A stretch of 64,000 nucleotides of DNA from positions 12,834,001-12,898,000 of the forward strand of contig NC_043018.1 of assembly GCF_006345805.1 (NCBI RefSeq), written 5' to 3'. Every line of letters begins with the position of its first letter. The first letter of the stretch is position 1. Source of the stretch: Octopus sinensis (taxonomy: Eukaryota). Under the pieces are notes generated by a model, which was not told the DNA's origin, did not search any database, and worked only from the letters and a program-made list of their open reading frames with translations. Both the position numbers and the translations under genes were made by a program. Positions 11,024 through 23,204 of this stretch are shown here, one piece after another.

Positions 11024-12826
11024 TGTACATGTAATATGTACATACATGCATACATATATACACCCATACACACACACCCACACATACATAGGTGCAGGTG
11101 TGGCTGTGTGGTAACTTGGCATGTGTCTTCTGCTATAGCCTCAGACCAACCAAAGCTTTGTCAGTGGATTTTGTAGACAGAAACTGAAAGAAATCAATCG
11201 TATATATATATGCATATATGTAAGTCTATGTGTGTGTGTTTGTGTTTCTCCCTCATCACTGCTTCACAACTGGTGTTCGTTTATTTACATCCCCATAACT
11301 TACTGGTTTCACAAGAAGAAACTGATAGAATAAGTACCAGGCTTATCAAAATAAAAAAAGCACTAGGCAGTGTCTCATATTTTTCTTTGCCCACTCAATT
11401 GTATCTATCAATTTATCTTTGTATGTGTGTGTGTGTGTATGTATATATATATATAACACCTTAATGAGGGCCTTAACTCCCAAATTTTAGTCATTTCTTT
11501 TATGATCCAAAACTAGGTCAAAAGTACTGAATGGATCTTATGAAATTTGGAAATTATATTCTATGCATAAGGGCCATAACCCCCATGACAATTCATATAA
11601 TTTTGCTGTTAATGAAATTTTAACCATAGATATTAGTCACAAATGAAGTAATATTTATAAAATTTCATCTTCTTACAAGTTACAAAGACCCCTCCATGTG
11701 CTCTTGGAAGCTGTAGGGTTACCCGAGCATAGAAGATGAGCATTATTTATAATTCAATGGTACAACAGTGTAAGAGTTTGCTTTGACATACACTTAAATT
11801 GTCGAGTAAATGAGAGGCATCTTTGCCTCCACTGATTCAGTTGCAAAGTGCTGAATAAAGTTATTTTATTGCAGACCTCCTTTCAGTCTTTTTATTATCA
11901 CTGGGTGACATATAGTCCCCAGATGGTAACATTGATTTCAAGGCCTTCCCAGATGAGTGACTGGTTATTCAGACATTTATAGATTGCAAATTTATTCTGT
12001 CCAGTTACGTATCAGTATAGTGGTCATTTGCAAACTCCAGAGGTGACACTTTCATTTCTCCTTAGCCCTCACGTCACACAGTTGTTAATGTTGATTTCAG
12101 TTGGGTCATGCCCTTCCAATTGCTATAGATCCGTATTGCATCTTATGGCTGTGCCTGTCACCTGTATAGTGAGGAATCCAACATTGGGGGTGGTAACGAC
12201 TAGGATACGGTAGCTGACTGCTTATTGTGATCATTTGTCTTTCGGTTTCCTGTAGCTTTGCTCTCTTTTACAAACCCAGTGAACATATATTTCCTATTCC
12301 AAAGAAATTCAAACAATAGATATAAGACCCAAGTTAAAAAGATTCTCAACAATTCAACTTCTCTGGTAGACATTAAAACACCCACCCCCAACAGGGGCCT
12401 TAACTCACACATTTTAGAACTCCATGACCTTCATTTTTCAGGAGCAAAATCTTCTTAACAGGTTCAATAAGACTCGAATTTTGGAATATGCGCATAAAAA
12501 TCAGTAGTATGGGATACATGTGGCACGATTACAATTTTTTTAGGGTGTGTAAAGAGGGAAATAACCCTCATCTGCAATTTTGATGAAATTCGAATCATAG
12601 ATATTCCAGTTCATTACAGAAAATATAACAGAAAAGTCTAATTCTTCAATTGCATGTAAGATGGGCAACGCTGGGTATCTCTGCTAGTTTTTAAATAAAT
12701 ATGTATTGAATTACAGAAGTATAAAAGGAAATCCCTCCATCTTCTTCAACCACTATTGCTCGGACTGTGAATGCTGGTCGAATAAGAGGCAATTATTTGG
12801 AAAAGGAAACAAAAGTTTGTACTCAC

Positions 12827-12841
12827 TTATTTCGTCGGTCT
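12827..12841 (-). CDS. SNRNP27: SNRNP27 coding exon 3, 15-nt microexon (R-DRRN-N)
   Basis: ttcttgttcttgtttcag|AGACCGACGAAATAA|gtgagt. Phase 2 to 2, frame-preserving. The protein stays in frame without it, so inclusion is inferred from splice-site strength. Confidence 0.7.
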   Translation of the reverse strand, partial: RPTK

Positions 12842-13552
12842 CTGAAACAAGAACAAGAATTCAATTATAGAAATCACTTAATCATGTTTGCTGTTTTATT
12901 AGATTCACACAGTAAGGGAAGAGCCTAACATTTCGGAGCTTCATCTTTCCTCTCAGAGGGAGGAAGAAAAGCAGGAGGTAACGATGTCATTTTTGTTGCT
13001 TACAATCGGAGCATCAACACTACTTTCTCTCTCTCTCTCTCCCTTTCTTTGTCTGATGAAGGACAAGAGGTGAGAAATGCATTCCCTTTGCAATCGGAAC
13101 GACAACGACACCTCCTCCCTTCCTCATTCTCAAATATAGAAAATAAGGACCCAAAACATCAGTTTCTTCCCCCCCCTACAGCAACTGAACTTTCTTGTAG
13201 ATGTTTCAAGGGTTAAATATGTGCAATAATATAATCACATATATAAATAAAACGAGTGAATTTAGAATGAAGCAATTAATCCCATGGATTAATTATGAAT
13301 TATACATGTTTTATATAAAATACATTAAATCATTTCTATTTGCAAATACAATTGCTATCTTTTTTTTTTTTTTTTTTTTGGGTGATGACTAAATAAAAAG
13401 GTCAGATTTGATTAAGCCAAATATAATACAGATATAATTTTAAAAAATTTTCAGTACCAGTAATAATCATCAAAACTTTATAGGATTATCTGTGTCCAGT
13501 TACTCCCACACATCCCTATGAAATGCAGGGTAACCTCCTCTACATCAAGACA

Positions 13553-13790
13553 GCAAGCTGGCAGAATCGTTAGCACACCGGGCGAAATGCTTAGCGGTAC
13601 TTCGTCTGCCATTACATTCCAAGTTCAAATTCTGCTGAGGTCGTCTTAGCCTTTCATCCTTTTGGGGTCGATAAATTAAGTACCAGTTATGCACTGGGGT
13701 CGATGTAATCGACTTAATCCCTTTGTCAGTCCTTGTTTGTCCCCTCTATGTTTAGCCCCTTGTGGGCAATAAAGAAATAAGAAATAAGAT
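13553..13790 (+). mobile_element. tRNA-derived SINE, 'family B'
   Basis: TGGCAGAATCGTTAG A-box and AAGTTCAAATTC B-box, core CCTTTCATCCTTTTGGGGTCGATAAATTAAGTACCAG, (GAAATAA)n tail. Minus-strand copies near 15080-15290, 16105-16265, 53170-53360, 55895-56110 and 59820-60060. Confidence 0.8.
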
Positions 13791-13957
13791 AGCTGCACCA
13801 TCTGAACGTGGCCGATGACCAACGCTGCCTTGACTGGCTTCTGTGCCGGTGGCACGTAAAAAGCACGAACCGATCGTGGCCGTTGCAAATAAATAAACTT
13901 GAATTTAAGAAATGAAACGGATAAAACTTATGCTTAAATAAATGAAGAAATGGAGCC

Positions 13958-14643
13958 AGTATGCTTCGCTGGATGTGCAATGTCAGTGTTTCATGTTTGA
14001 CAGAATGTAAGCATCTTGAGAGAAAAGCTGGGCATAAGAGGAACCAGATGTGGTGCGCAAGAGAGACAGCTCCACTGGTATGGTCATGTGATGTGTATGG
14101 ATGAGGACAGCTATGTAATGATGTGCCGAACAATAACTGCAGAGGGAACCTGTGGTAGAGGTGGACCCAGAAAGACATGGGACAAAGTGGTGAAGCATGA
14201 CCTTTGAACTTTGGGCCTCACAGAGGCAATGACTAGTGACCAAGACCTTTGGCAATATGCTGTGCTTGAGAAGACCCGTCAAACCAAGTGAAATCGTAGT
14301 CGTGGCTGATGCTGGGGTCATGTAAGTGGCACATAAAAAGCACCTTTCGAGCGTAGGGCCTCACGGAGGCAATGGCCGAGGCCTTTGGCATTCTGTCGTG
14401 CTTGAGAAGAAGACCCATCAAGCTGAGCAAAATCACAGTCGTGGCAGATATTGCAAATGGCAAGTAAAACATCCACTCTCAGAGTGGTTGGTGTTAGGAA
14501 GAGCATCCAGCCATAGAAACCATGCCAAATCAGACTGGAGTCTGATGCAGCCTTCCAGCGTGCCAGCCCTGGTCAAACCGTCCAACCCATGCCAGCATGG
14601 ACAACGGACGTTAAACGATGATGATGATGATGATGATGATGAT
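13958..14643 (+). mobile_element. RTE-clade LINE, 5'-truncated 3' end with (GAT)n tail
   Basis: REKLGIRG...QLHWYGHVM...GRGGPRKTWDKVVKHDL is the RTE ORF2 C-terminus, followed by the 3' UTR ...CGTTAAAC(GAT)n. Confidence 0.88.
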
Positions 14644-14649
14644 ACCTAC

Positions 14650-14827
14650 CGATTTTTCCGTCCAGGTGAGCGAGACCTTGACCGGTATCTACCACGGGGA
14701 GACCTTGAACGAGACCTGTAACGAGGTGGCGATCTTGACCTGGATCGATAACGAGGTGCTGACCTTGAACGAGAACGATAACGAGGTGCTGACCTACTTC
14801 TTGATCTGGAACGACTTCGGCGGCGGT
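14650..14827 (-). CDS. SNRNP27: SNRNP27 coding exon 2, RS domain (D-RRRSRSRSRSRSAPRYRSRSRSAPRYRSRSRSPPRYRSRSRSPRGRYRSRSRSPGRKN-R)
   Basis: gaatttccag acceptor and gtaggt donor. 178 nt, phase 1 to 2. Confidence 0.93.
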
Positions 14828-15651
14828 CTGGAAATTCAAAGAAGGAGAATTTTATTCAAAGTTGTGCGAAAAATGCTTGCTTGCAGAAGAAACAACCTCT
14901 TCGTAGAGAAATAAAGAACAGATACTATGTTGATATCCCTTAACTCTTTCAATACGAGTCCACTGATATAAATGGCCCTATGATATAAATTTTGTTTTTT
15001 AAATTGATTTTAGAGAAAACCTTCCATTAAAATTCCATGTTAATTTACATTTCAAACACTAGTTTAATAATTGTTTTATATTTTGGCACACGGCCAGCAA
15101 TTTTGGGGGAGGAGATAAGACGGTTACATCAACCCCAGTATGCAACTGGTACTCACTTTATCGAGCCTGCAAGGCTGAAAGGGAAAGTTGACCACAGCAA
15201 AATTTGAACTCAGAATGTAAAAAGATACAAAATGCCACGAAGCATTTTACCTGATGTACTAACGAGTCTGCCAGCTTGCTGCCCCCCCCCCCACACACAC
15301 CTGCTTAATAAGGTCAAAGATATTCTATTAACAATGATATGTACATTTCCTCTGAATACATTATGGCAGACTCGAATGCAAAGTGTGAACAAAGCCAGTG
15401 GCTTCTTTCAGCTTGAAAGTCCAGTGGCTTCTGGCTGACGAGACTCAATGTGTCGTTAACACAGGTACACCAGAATCACCTGCACCAATGAGTCAAATGT
15501 TTTATGAACACACTGTCTTCAGAAAAGGGAGAAGTTGTTCTGTGACATACACCACAGCAACTAGCATATTTTGTGCTCAAATCTGCTGGAAAATATTGGT
15601 TTCAAATTTTGGCACAGGTCCAGCAATTTTTTAGGGAAGGGCAAGTTGATT

Positions 15652-16095
15652 GCATCATCATCATCATTGTCATCGTTTAATGTCCGCTTTCCATGCTAGC
15701 ATGGGTTGGATGATTTGACTGAGGTCTGGCGAACCAGATGGCTGCACCAGGCTCCAATCTGATCTGGCAGAGTTTCTACAGCTGGATGTCTTTCCTAACG
15801 CCAACCACTCCGAGAGTGTAGTGGGTGCTTTTACATGCCATCGGCACAAGGGCCAGTCAGGCGGTACTGGCAACGGCCATGCTCAAATGGTGCTTTTTAT
15901 GTGCCACCTGCACAGTAGCCAGTCCAGTGGCACTGGCAACAACCTCGCTCGAATGTTTTTTCGCGTGCCACCAGTACAAGTGCCAGTAAGGCGACGCAGG
16001 TAATGATCACGTTCGAATGGTGTTTTTAATGTGCCATCGGCTCGGAGGCTAGCTTGTTGCTCTGGCCCTGATCTCACTCGTATGGTTCTCTTAGT
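15652..16095 (-). mobile_element. RTE LINE 3' UTR/tail fragment nested in a family B SINE
   Basis: (CAT)n-CGTTTAATGTCCGCTTTCCATGCTAGCATGGG is the reverse of the 14.6 kb tail. Family B sequence lies on both sides (15595-15651 and 16105-16265). Confidence 0.75.
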
Positions 16096-16384
16096 GCTCC
16101 ACTAGCACGGATAACCTCATTATTTAACAGGTACTTATTTTATCAACCCTGAAAGGATGAAAGACAAAGTCAACCTTGGCATAATTTGAACTCAGAACAT
16201 GAAAACACAAAATACTGTTCAACATTTTGCCAGCATGCTAACGATTCTGCCAGATCAACACCTAAACCATTTAGCATTCACATTAAATGAAAACATAGGG
16301 AAAAGTTTAAATATTGCCATGGAAACTAATTTACAGAAGAGATTTTGAACTGCTTATTATATAAGCATAATGTCTGACATTTTA

Positions 16385-16945
16385 TCTTTTGTTTCAGTCA
16401 TTAGACTGAGGCCATACTGGAGCAACACTGTGAAAAATACTCTAGTTGAACGAATTGATGCCAGTTTTTACTTTTCTAAACCTGGTACTTATTCTATTGG
16501 TCTCTTTTGCTGAACCACTAAGTTACAGGGATGTAAACACACACACAACAGGCTTCTTTCAGTTTCCGTCTACCAAATCCACTCAGAAGGCTTTGGTCAG
16601 CCCAAGGCTATAATAAGAAGACACTTGTCCAAGGTTCCACAGTGGGAGTGAACCTGGAACCATGTAGTTGAGAAGCAAGCTTCTTACCACCCAGCCACAC
16701 CTGCACCTATTTGCTTTCTTGGTTTTCCTGGTTGGACTGTGGCCATGTTGGGGCACCACCTTGAACAGTTTAGTTTTATAAAATCAAAAGTATGAATTTT
16801 TAAGCCTGCTACTCATTTCATCAGTTTCTTTTTGCTGAACCACTAGGTTAAGGAGATGTAAACAAACCAACTAAACAGAAGTGACGAGAGACACCAAAAT
16901 GACAAACACACGGCTGGCTTCTGCACAGTTTCCCCTCAACTAAAT
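16385..16945 (-). mobile_element. Two tandem family A SINE copies or fragments
   Basis: Reverse-strand family A motifs, repeated twice. Confidence 0.7.
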
Positions 16946-17258
16946 TTACTCAAAATGAATTAAACTCAGAATATACATACGCTTCCTTTCTCGATCTCGA
17001 CGTCTTTCCCTTTCTGAAAAAGATAAAAAAGAAAAGTATAATATAAAAAAGGGGAACAGAAATGATGTGGGGTTAGGGATGATTGTCATGCTTTTAACAT
17101 TTGTTTATCACTGCAAGTATGGAAGGGATGGGATGGCAACACATTGACCCTTTAACACTTAAACCAACCATACCTGGCCCAACTATTCTACTTGTTTTGT
17201 GTTGAAACTGGCTAGAAGTGACCTTTCACACCTACCCTACAATGTCATTCTAAGAATA

Positions 17259-17824
17259 TTGGGTTGTCTGGAAAGTTTGTGCTGATTTTTAAAGGAAAGA
17301 AAAGGTCAATAAATACTTGCCATTACATTTTTAATCAACCAAATATGAACCATTTTGTTGCACAATGCATCTCCATCTTTCCTTTAACTTGAAAATACCC
17401 TCTTCCCAGAATTGAGGTGGTTTCATGGCAAAGAATTCATCAAGGTATCTTTTTACATCATCCAAAGAATTGAAATTTTTACCATTAAGACTATTCTGCA
17501 GAGACCTGAATAAGTGGAAATCAGAAGGAGCAATATATGGTTAATATGGAGGGTGGGGTAACACATCCCAGCCAAGCTCCAGCAATTTTTGTCTGGTTCC
17601 CAAAGCATCAAGTCCCAAAAATGAACTTTCTTATCTTCCATTTTAAAGGGTTACAAAATTAGCACAGGTTGTAGGAACATAAACCTTCTTCCACGAAAAG
17701 ATAGCTTAAACTGTGCTCTTAAATGGAGGTGTAGCCAAATCCTATTTTATGGACTCAACCATGTTCTAAGATAAGTCGAAAGGTAAGCTATTATAAATTG
17801 GCACAAACTTTCCGGACAACCCAA
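17259..17824 (-). mobile_element. Internally deleted mariner element with TIRs and TA target duplication
   Basis: TA-TTGGGTTGTCTGGAAAGTTTGTGC ... GCACAAACTTTCCGGACAACCCAA-TA. The minus strand encodes YLDEFFAMKPPQFWEEGIFKLKERWRCIVQQNGSY, a mariner C-terminus. Confidence 0.9.
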
Positions 17825-18619
17825 TATATTATCACATCACTGAAATCTCGAAGCTACAAGATGATGCAGGATTAATCCAAAATGATGTGAAGAAATAAGC
17901 ATTAATCTGAAAGGGTTAAATTTCAGGAATTTTCAATGTTTCTTCTTGGGAAAACCTTCAGATATGAAACAATCACTCTCTCTCTAGACTCTCCCTTTGT
18001 TTACATTTACCACAAGAGGTGTAACAGCATGTGGCCAAGTGGTTAGGGTGTTGTACTCACGAGTGTGAGATTGTGGTTTTGGTTCTCAGGTCAAGTGGTG
18101 CATTATGTTCTTGAGCAAATCTTTTCATTTCTGCGATTACTTCAGAAACTGGTGTGTGGTAGGACTGTGCACCCGAACAAGCAATGTCAATTTGATGGAG
18201 AGAATGAGTTCAGGTACAGCAAAAGCATTTCATCACTCGAAACGATTTTATCTGTGCAGGTTGTTTAGCAAGAAATTACGGAATTGTCTTTCTTGGACTA
18301 CCAACAGCTACAAGCCACACTCTCTACACTATCACTTTGGCAACCTGGTTTCAATCATGGTTTCTTGTTCTCTTTCCTCCCACAAGTTTCAGAAGTAATA
18401 CAGAAGTCACAGCTGCCGTTTTTACTGGCTTGTAGACCCAGGTTATCATTAGCTTAATTTGGACTTTGCCTCATTGTAGAGCTTTCATTTAACATTAAGT
18501 TTTATAATTAGATACAGTCCATTATTTAGGGTTTAAAACATGCAGTTGTATCTTTTAACAGGTGAGAAATACTGCTTTAAACAATTACAAATACAACAAA
18601 TTAACAACCAAGGTTTTAA

Positions 18620-18839
18620 CCCTTTAGTATTTAACCTGGTCATACCCAGCCCAAATATTCTACCTGTTTTATGTTCAAACTGACCAGATCCAACCTCTCA
18701 CACCTACCCTACAATGTCATTCTAAAAATATACAAACACACCATTGAAATATTGAGACTACAAAATAATGCATGATTAATTCAAAACAGTGTGAATAAAT
18801 AAATTTTACATTTGACAGAATAATCTGGAAGCTGAAGGG
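18620..18839. mobile_element. piggyBac-type MITE (TTAA-CCCTT...AAGGG-TTAA)
   Basis: TTAA flanks at 18616-19 and 18840-43 with CCCTT/AAGGG termini. Related copies at about 17148-17920, 19307-19531 and 42861-43327. Confidence 0.75.
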
Positions 18840-19948
18840 TTAAAGTATAAACAATCATCACGATCAGTCATCACCATCATCGTTGCCTTCATCATTGTCA
18901 TTGCTGTCAGCATCATCTTCATCTCTCTTTCCAGCTGCAACCCGATTACTCCCACCAATTCCTGTATAATGCAATGTAGCCATGTATCCAGCAAGATACT
19001 TCTGATGCTTCTATCATATTTTTAACCTTTCAAGACCAACTGTTAAGCCACCTCTCTCTCTCTCTATTGTACTCTCACCCAGTTGAGAGAGCTCCTCAGT
19101 TTTGTGAGGTACATAGCAACCTTACAAATGCCAGTGCCATGAAAAAAGAAAAAGCACCCAGAACACTCTGTTAAGTGGCTGCTGAGAGGAAAGGTATGCA
19201 GTCACAGAAACCTTGCCAAAGCAGACACTGGCGCACAGCGTAGTCCTTCAACTTATTGGATCCTGTTGAATTGTTCAACTTGTACAAGAATGGAAGACAG
19301 ACATTTACCCTTTTGTTACCAACCCGGCTGAAACCAGCTCTGGCTGAATACAAATGTCTTGTTTTCATTAGTTTTGAATTAAAACCTTCCCCTAAACCTT
19401 AGTCACAATTTATGTTCCTAACACCAGCTGAATGATAACGAAGTTATTTTACTAAATTCTTTGTTATATTTAAAGTAATTGAAAGAAACACAGAGCATCT
19501 CAACAGAAATACAGTAATGAAAGAGTTAAACGATTAAATGCCTCATTTACCTGACAACAGATTAGATGAGAACCAAAACAAAAGACTAGTAGTTCATTAG
19601 TGCCAAACTAAATCTCTTTATTGTCATTATGTTCTTGTGAGAAAAGATTATTATGAATGTGTTACTGAACTGAAAGTTAAAAATAAGTTATTCTTTCAAT
19701 ATAATGAAATTTTGGGACTGACGATTTCCTGTTAGATCCTATTATTCAGTATGTAATGGTGGAGCTCCCTTAGACCCACTTGTAGCCCCTAAAATTTCGT
19801 TTTGTCATTCTCTTAGTGTTCCTTTCAAATATCAAGGGCCAACTTGCTGTCACCGCCAGCAAGGCCCATTTTCACACAAAGAATGCCAGATTTCATTCCA
19901 CCCTAACCTTTCATACTCAAGCACCATCGAGTTACAATCTGAATATCT

Positions 19949-20450
19949 TATAATATATAATAAATAATAATGAAATTATTGTATACAGTGCTCAGTTGCA
20001 CCACAACATGTCAAATGTGTGTATAAAGCATATGCAGTAATGTACAAATGTCTGGGAAGTGAACAGTGTATGAGTCAGATACAAGCTTGCGTGTGTATGG
20101 AGGGGAGAAAATCAGGTGTAGTGTTGGCGAATCTCAGGAAGCATGGAAGTTTTGAAGGATGCAGTGCTCCGACAACTAACAACTGATGTCGGCAGTTTGT
20201 TCCATGCTTCAGCAACTCTCAGCGTGAAAAAATGTTTCCAAAAGTCATGGGAGCTGTGCTGTTTTCTGACTTTGTAAACATGTCCATGGATGTTAGACAG
20301 GTGGAGTTTGAAAAGGTGCTCAGAGTTATTGTTAGTAAGATGGTTAATAATTTTATGGGTCAGCTACCAGATGTCGGTGTTTCAATGTATCCATGCCCAG
20401 GGAACTGGCATTCACAACATGAACAGGGGCCCTCAAAAACATACTCTGGT
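19949..20450 (-). mobile_element. CR1/L2-type LINE 3' end
   Basis: The minus strand reads ...KHFFTLRVAEAWNKLPTSVVSCRSTASFKTSM..., the typical CR1/L2 'FF..RV...WN.LP..VV' motif, then a 3' UTR and an (ATT)-rich tail. Confidence 0.75.
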
Positions 20451-21734
20451 GGAGACATGGCCATCTTATCTCATTCAACAGCTCAAATACACAATCACAA
20501 CATACATCAAGAAAATACTGTATCCCGTCCCCTCAATCTTAAACCTGAACAACATACAAAAGGAACCTTGAAAGCCACAACTCTATCAGTGACAATCCTC
20601 AAATCCTCTTCAGAACCAGCAAATACTTCAGTCCTCAACAATTGCTAACCCTACACAAATCTAAATGAGACCAACTGGTTTGAGTAAGGCCTACAATGGA
20701 GTACTGCACTTATATCTGGGGCAGGGCTGTTACTATGCACACAGAGAGCGACACAGCTGATTGGCATTTCCATCGCTAATAATAGACACACTCAAGCCCC
20801 TGACCCACAGGTATGCTGTTTGCACTCTCTGTCGTTTCTATTGCTTCTGTGATGGCTGCTGCTCTTCAGAGCTGACTGGTTCCATACTTTTACCATTCAA
20901 GCATTCTTTGCTTGTTTCTTCTTTTCCCACCACACCTGATGCATCCAACAATTCCTTCCCCACACGAACCACTCTGCTCAACCCTTCTTCTCCAGAACAT
21001 CTTCCTCTGAAATCTCTTCCTTGCTCATGTCTTCTCTGTAGGTGTTGATCAACAGTTTAAACAGAACATTAGCAGCACTAATTCCACTAATTTTTTAGGG
21101 CTTGCAAGGCTTAATGGGCCCTGTCCCTTTCTCTAGACTGAGAAATAAAACACACAAAACAGAAAAAGTGGGCTGGTGTTGCTATTAGACATACAGGCAT
21201 TGTAGGGCACATCTCAAAAGGGATCACCTGCCATGAACTCATTAACATGCTCCAGCCTCTGGCCCACATCTGCTGCACGGGTCTGGTTGGTCTAGTGCAG
21301 CTCCACTCCCCCCTTTTTCCTTTTCTCTATACCCACATTGAATCCATCATCCTAACATCCATACACACACACATTCCATGACGAAACTAACCTCAATTTA
21401 ACAAAAGCAACCATTTTTGTTTCACTTAGAAGCCTTCAACGTTACAAAACTTTCGCTGTTCCCAATGATATCAACACACACATTTACATCTCTATAATTC
21501 TTGCAATTCCTTTTCCTTAGTTGCTGAGATTTCAGTTGTGAAGTTTCACACATGATGGCAGCAGGAAGAATTCCTTCGGAGGTTAATGACATCAGTGGAT
21601 TCTCTTCATACAGAGGATCCATAATTTGGAAATGTCTCTTGGATGCATAATTCTAAATTCTATTTACAGAATTGATAAGTAAATTACAAATAGCTGTTTT
21701 TAAAACAAAACTAAAAAACCAATTTCATAAATAA

Positions 21735-22400
21735 AGGAATGCATGTGGACACAATATATGTAAGAAGGGTGTTGGTAGAAACTCCATACGTTGTACCCAG
21801 TGCAAGCTGTAGACATAAGAGGTGTAGCAGTATCACTGGAAAGTTAACAGACAAAATAGTCTTTGTGTGGCAAATGTGTGGGTACAATAAACACTAAGGA
21901 TGCACAGAGAATAGACTTCCTCAAATGTTTACGGGGATCTTTAGAAGTAGTAGATAGCTTCTGTTACCAAGGGAACCAAGTTAGTAGTGGAGGAGGAATT
22001 TCTGAAAGCATAATTGTTAGAATAAGAAAGAGCTGGGCAAAGTTGAGAGAGCTTCTACCTTTATTGGTAATTAAGAGTTTCTCCCTCAGAGTGAAAGTCA
22101 AATTGTATGGTACCTGTGTACGTACAGCTCTGCTATATGGTAGTGAAACATGGGCCATGACTACAGAGGACTTGCAAAGGTTCGAAAGAAATGAAGGCAG
22201 CATGCCCTGCTGGATGGGTAATGTCAGTGTGCACATACGATAGAGTGTAAATGGTTTAAGAAGAAAACTGGGTATGTCGTGTGCAAGAGAGAAGACTGCA
22301 CTGATATATGTTCATGTGATACATATGGATGTGGACAGCTGCTTAAAGTGCCAATCTCTAATTGTGGAAGAGGTAGACCCAGGAAGATGCGGGAGGGGAA
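21735..22400 (+). mobile_element. RTE LINE reverse-transcriptase C-terminal fragment
   Basis: LEVVDSFCYQGNQVSSGGG...RIRKSWAKLRELLPLL...SLRVKVKLYGTCVRTALLYGSETWAM...ERNEGSM. Degenerate. Confidence 0.85.
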
Positions 22401-23155
22401 CGTAATGTTCCCTCCATTACTATTCGTTACTAGCAAGGTTAGAAATATTTGTTTTTATATTTGACAGCTATCGTTGTTTAACCCCAGGTGAAACCTAAGA
22501 AGACCAATGATCAAATGCAATCCGGCGGAGACCATCCCATCTTAACATCATATGTAAGATTTTGCTATCCAATGTATCCCGTTTTTTAAGACGGTAGGGT
22601 ACAATTTGAGGAAGCATTGGCTGATATTTCTAACAGGCTGGGCAACCACGAGGTAGTGTAGTTAGGTGTATTAATAATAGTGATTGTGGTAGTGTTGGTA
22701 TTCGAATAGGTAAGTATGGGGTTTATGGTGTTGATAGGGGTTTCAGAAGGGGGGAGGAAGTCGTAGTTAATGGTTTTGTTGTTCAGTATTAAATGAGCAG
22801 ATTTATGCTCTAAGTATTCTGTCTTTATTTCAGACAGAGTATTTTCCTATTTTAAGACCACAGGGTCTGAGAATTGCGAGCGGGTCGTGCAAACACGTCG
22901 AAGTCTTCCTCTGGTCAAAAGTGGGGGAGGTGACTCCAACCATTAATAATGGTTATTTTCTATCTTTATAAAATAAAACGTGTATTTTATAGAACGAGGT
23001 CTAACAGTAGGTAAAAGAAAAATTGGAAAGAAGTAACAGATATTATAGCAAAGGATCTGGAAGAAATGTAGCCAAAGACCCAGTTTTCGGCGACGTTCAA
23101 TGTCAATAACATGTAAGGGTTTTTAAGTATTATAGTTGCGAGAAATTTGTGTTAC

Positions 23156-23204
23156 CTTTACGTGGAGATCTTGAACGGGAACGAGAGCGACTCCTTCGAG
23201 GCAT
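23156..23204 (-). CDS. SNRNP27: SNRNP27 coding exon 1 (MPRRSRSRSRSRSPRK-D)
   Basis: ATG at 23204 and AAAG|gtaaca donor. 49 nt, phase 1. Resembles human MGRSRSRSPRR. An acceptor (ttaaaccag) 6 nt upstream of the ATG suggests a 5' UTR intron. Confidence 0.9.

Noticed and set aside
14650-14827. RS exon as part of transformer-2 or an SRSF gene
   Set aside because: No RRM exon was found, and the downstream exons give the SNRNP27 signatures MGF..FD.TK and RQYMNR.GGFNRPLDFIA*.
20232-20648. 138-aa plus-strand ORF
   Set aside because: It is the antisense reading of a CR1/L2 3' end.
21422-21622. ORF MDPLYEENPLMSLTSEG... in a SNRNP27 intron as a poison or alternative exon
   Set aside because: No convincing splice-site pair and no recognisable homology. 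Unique-looking, but unsupported.
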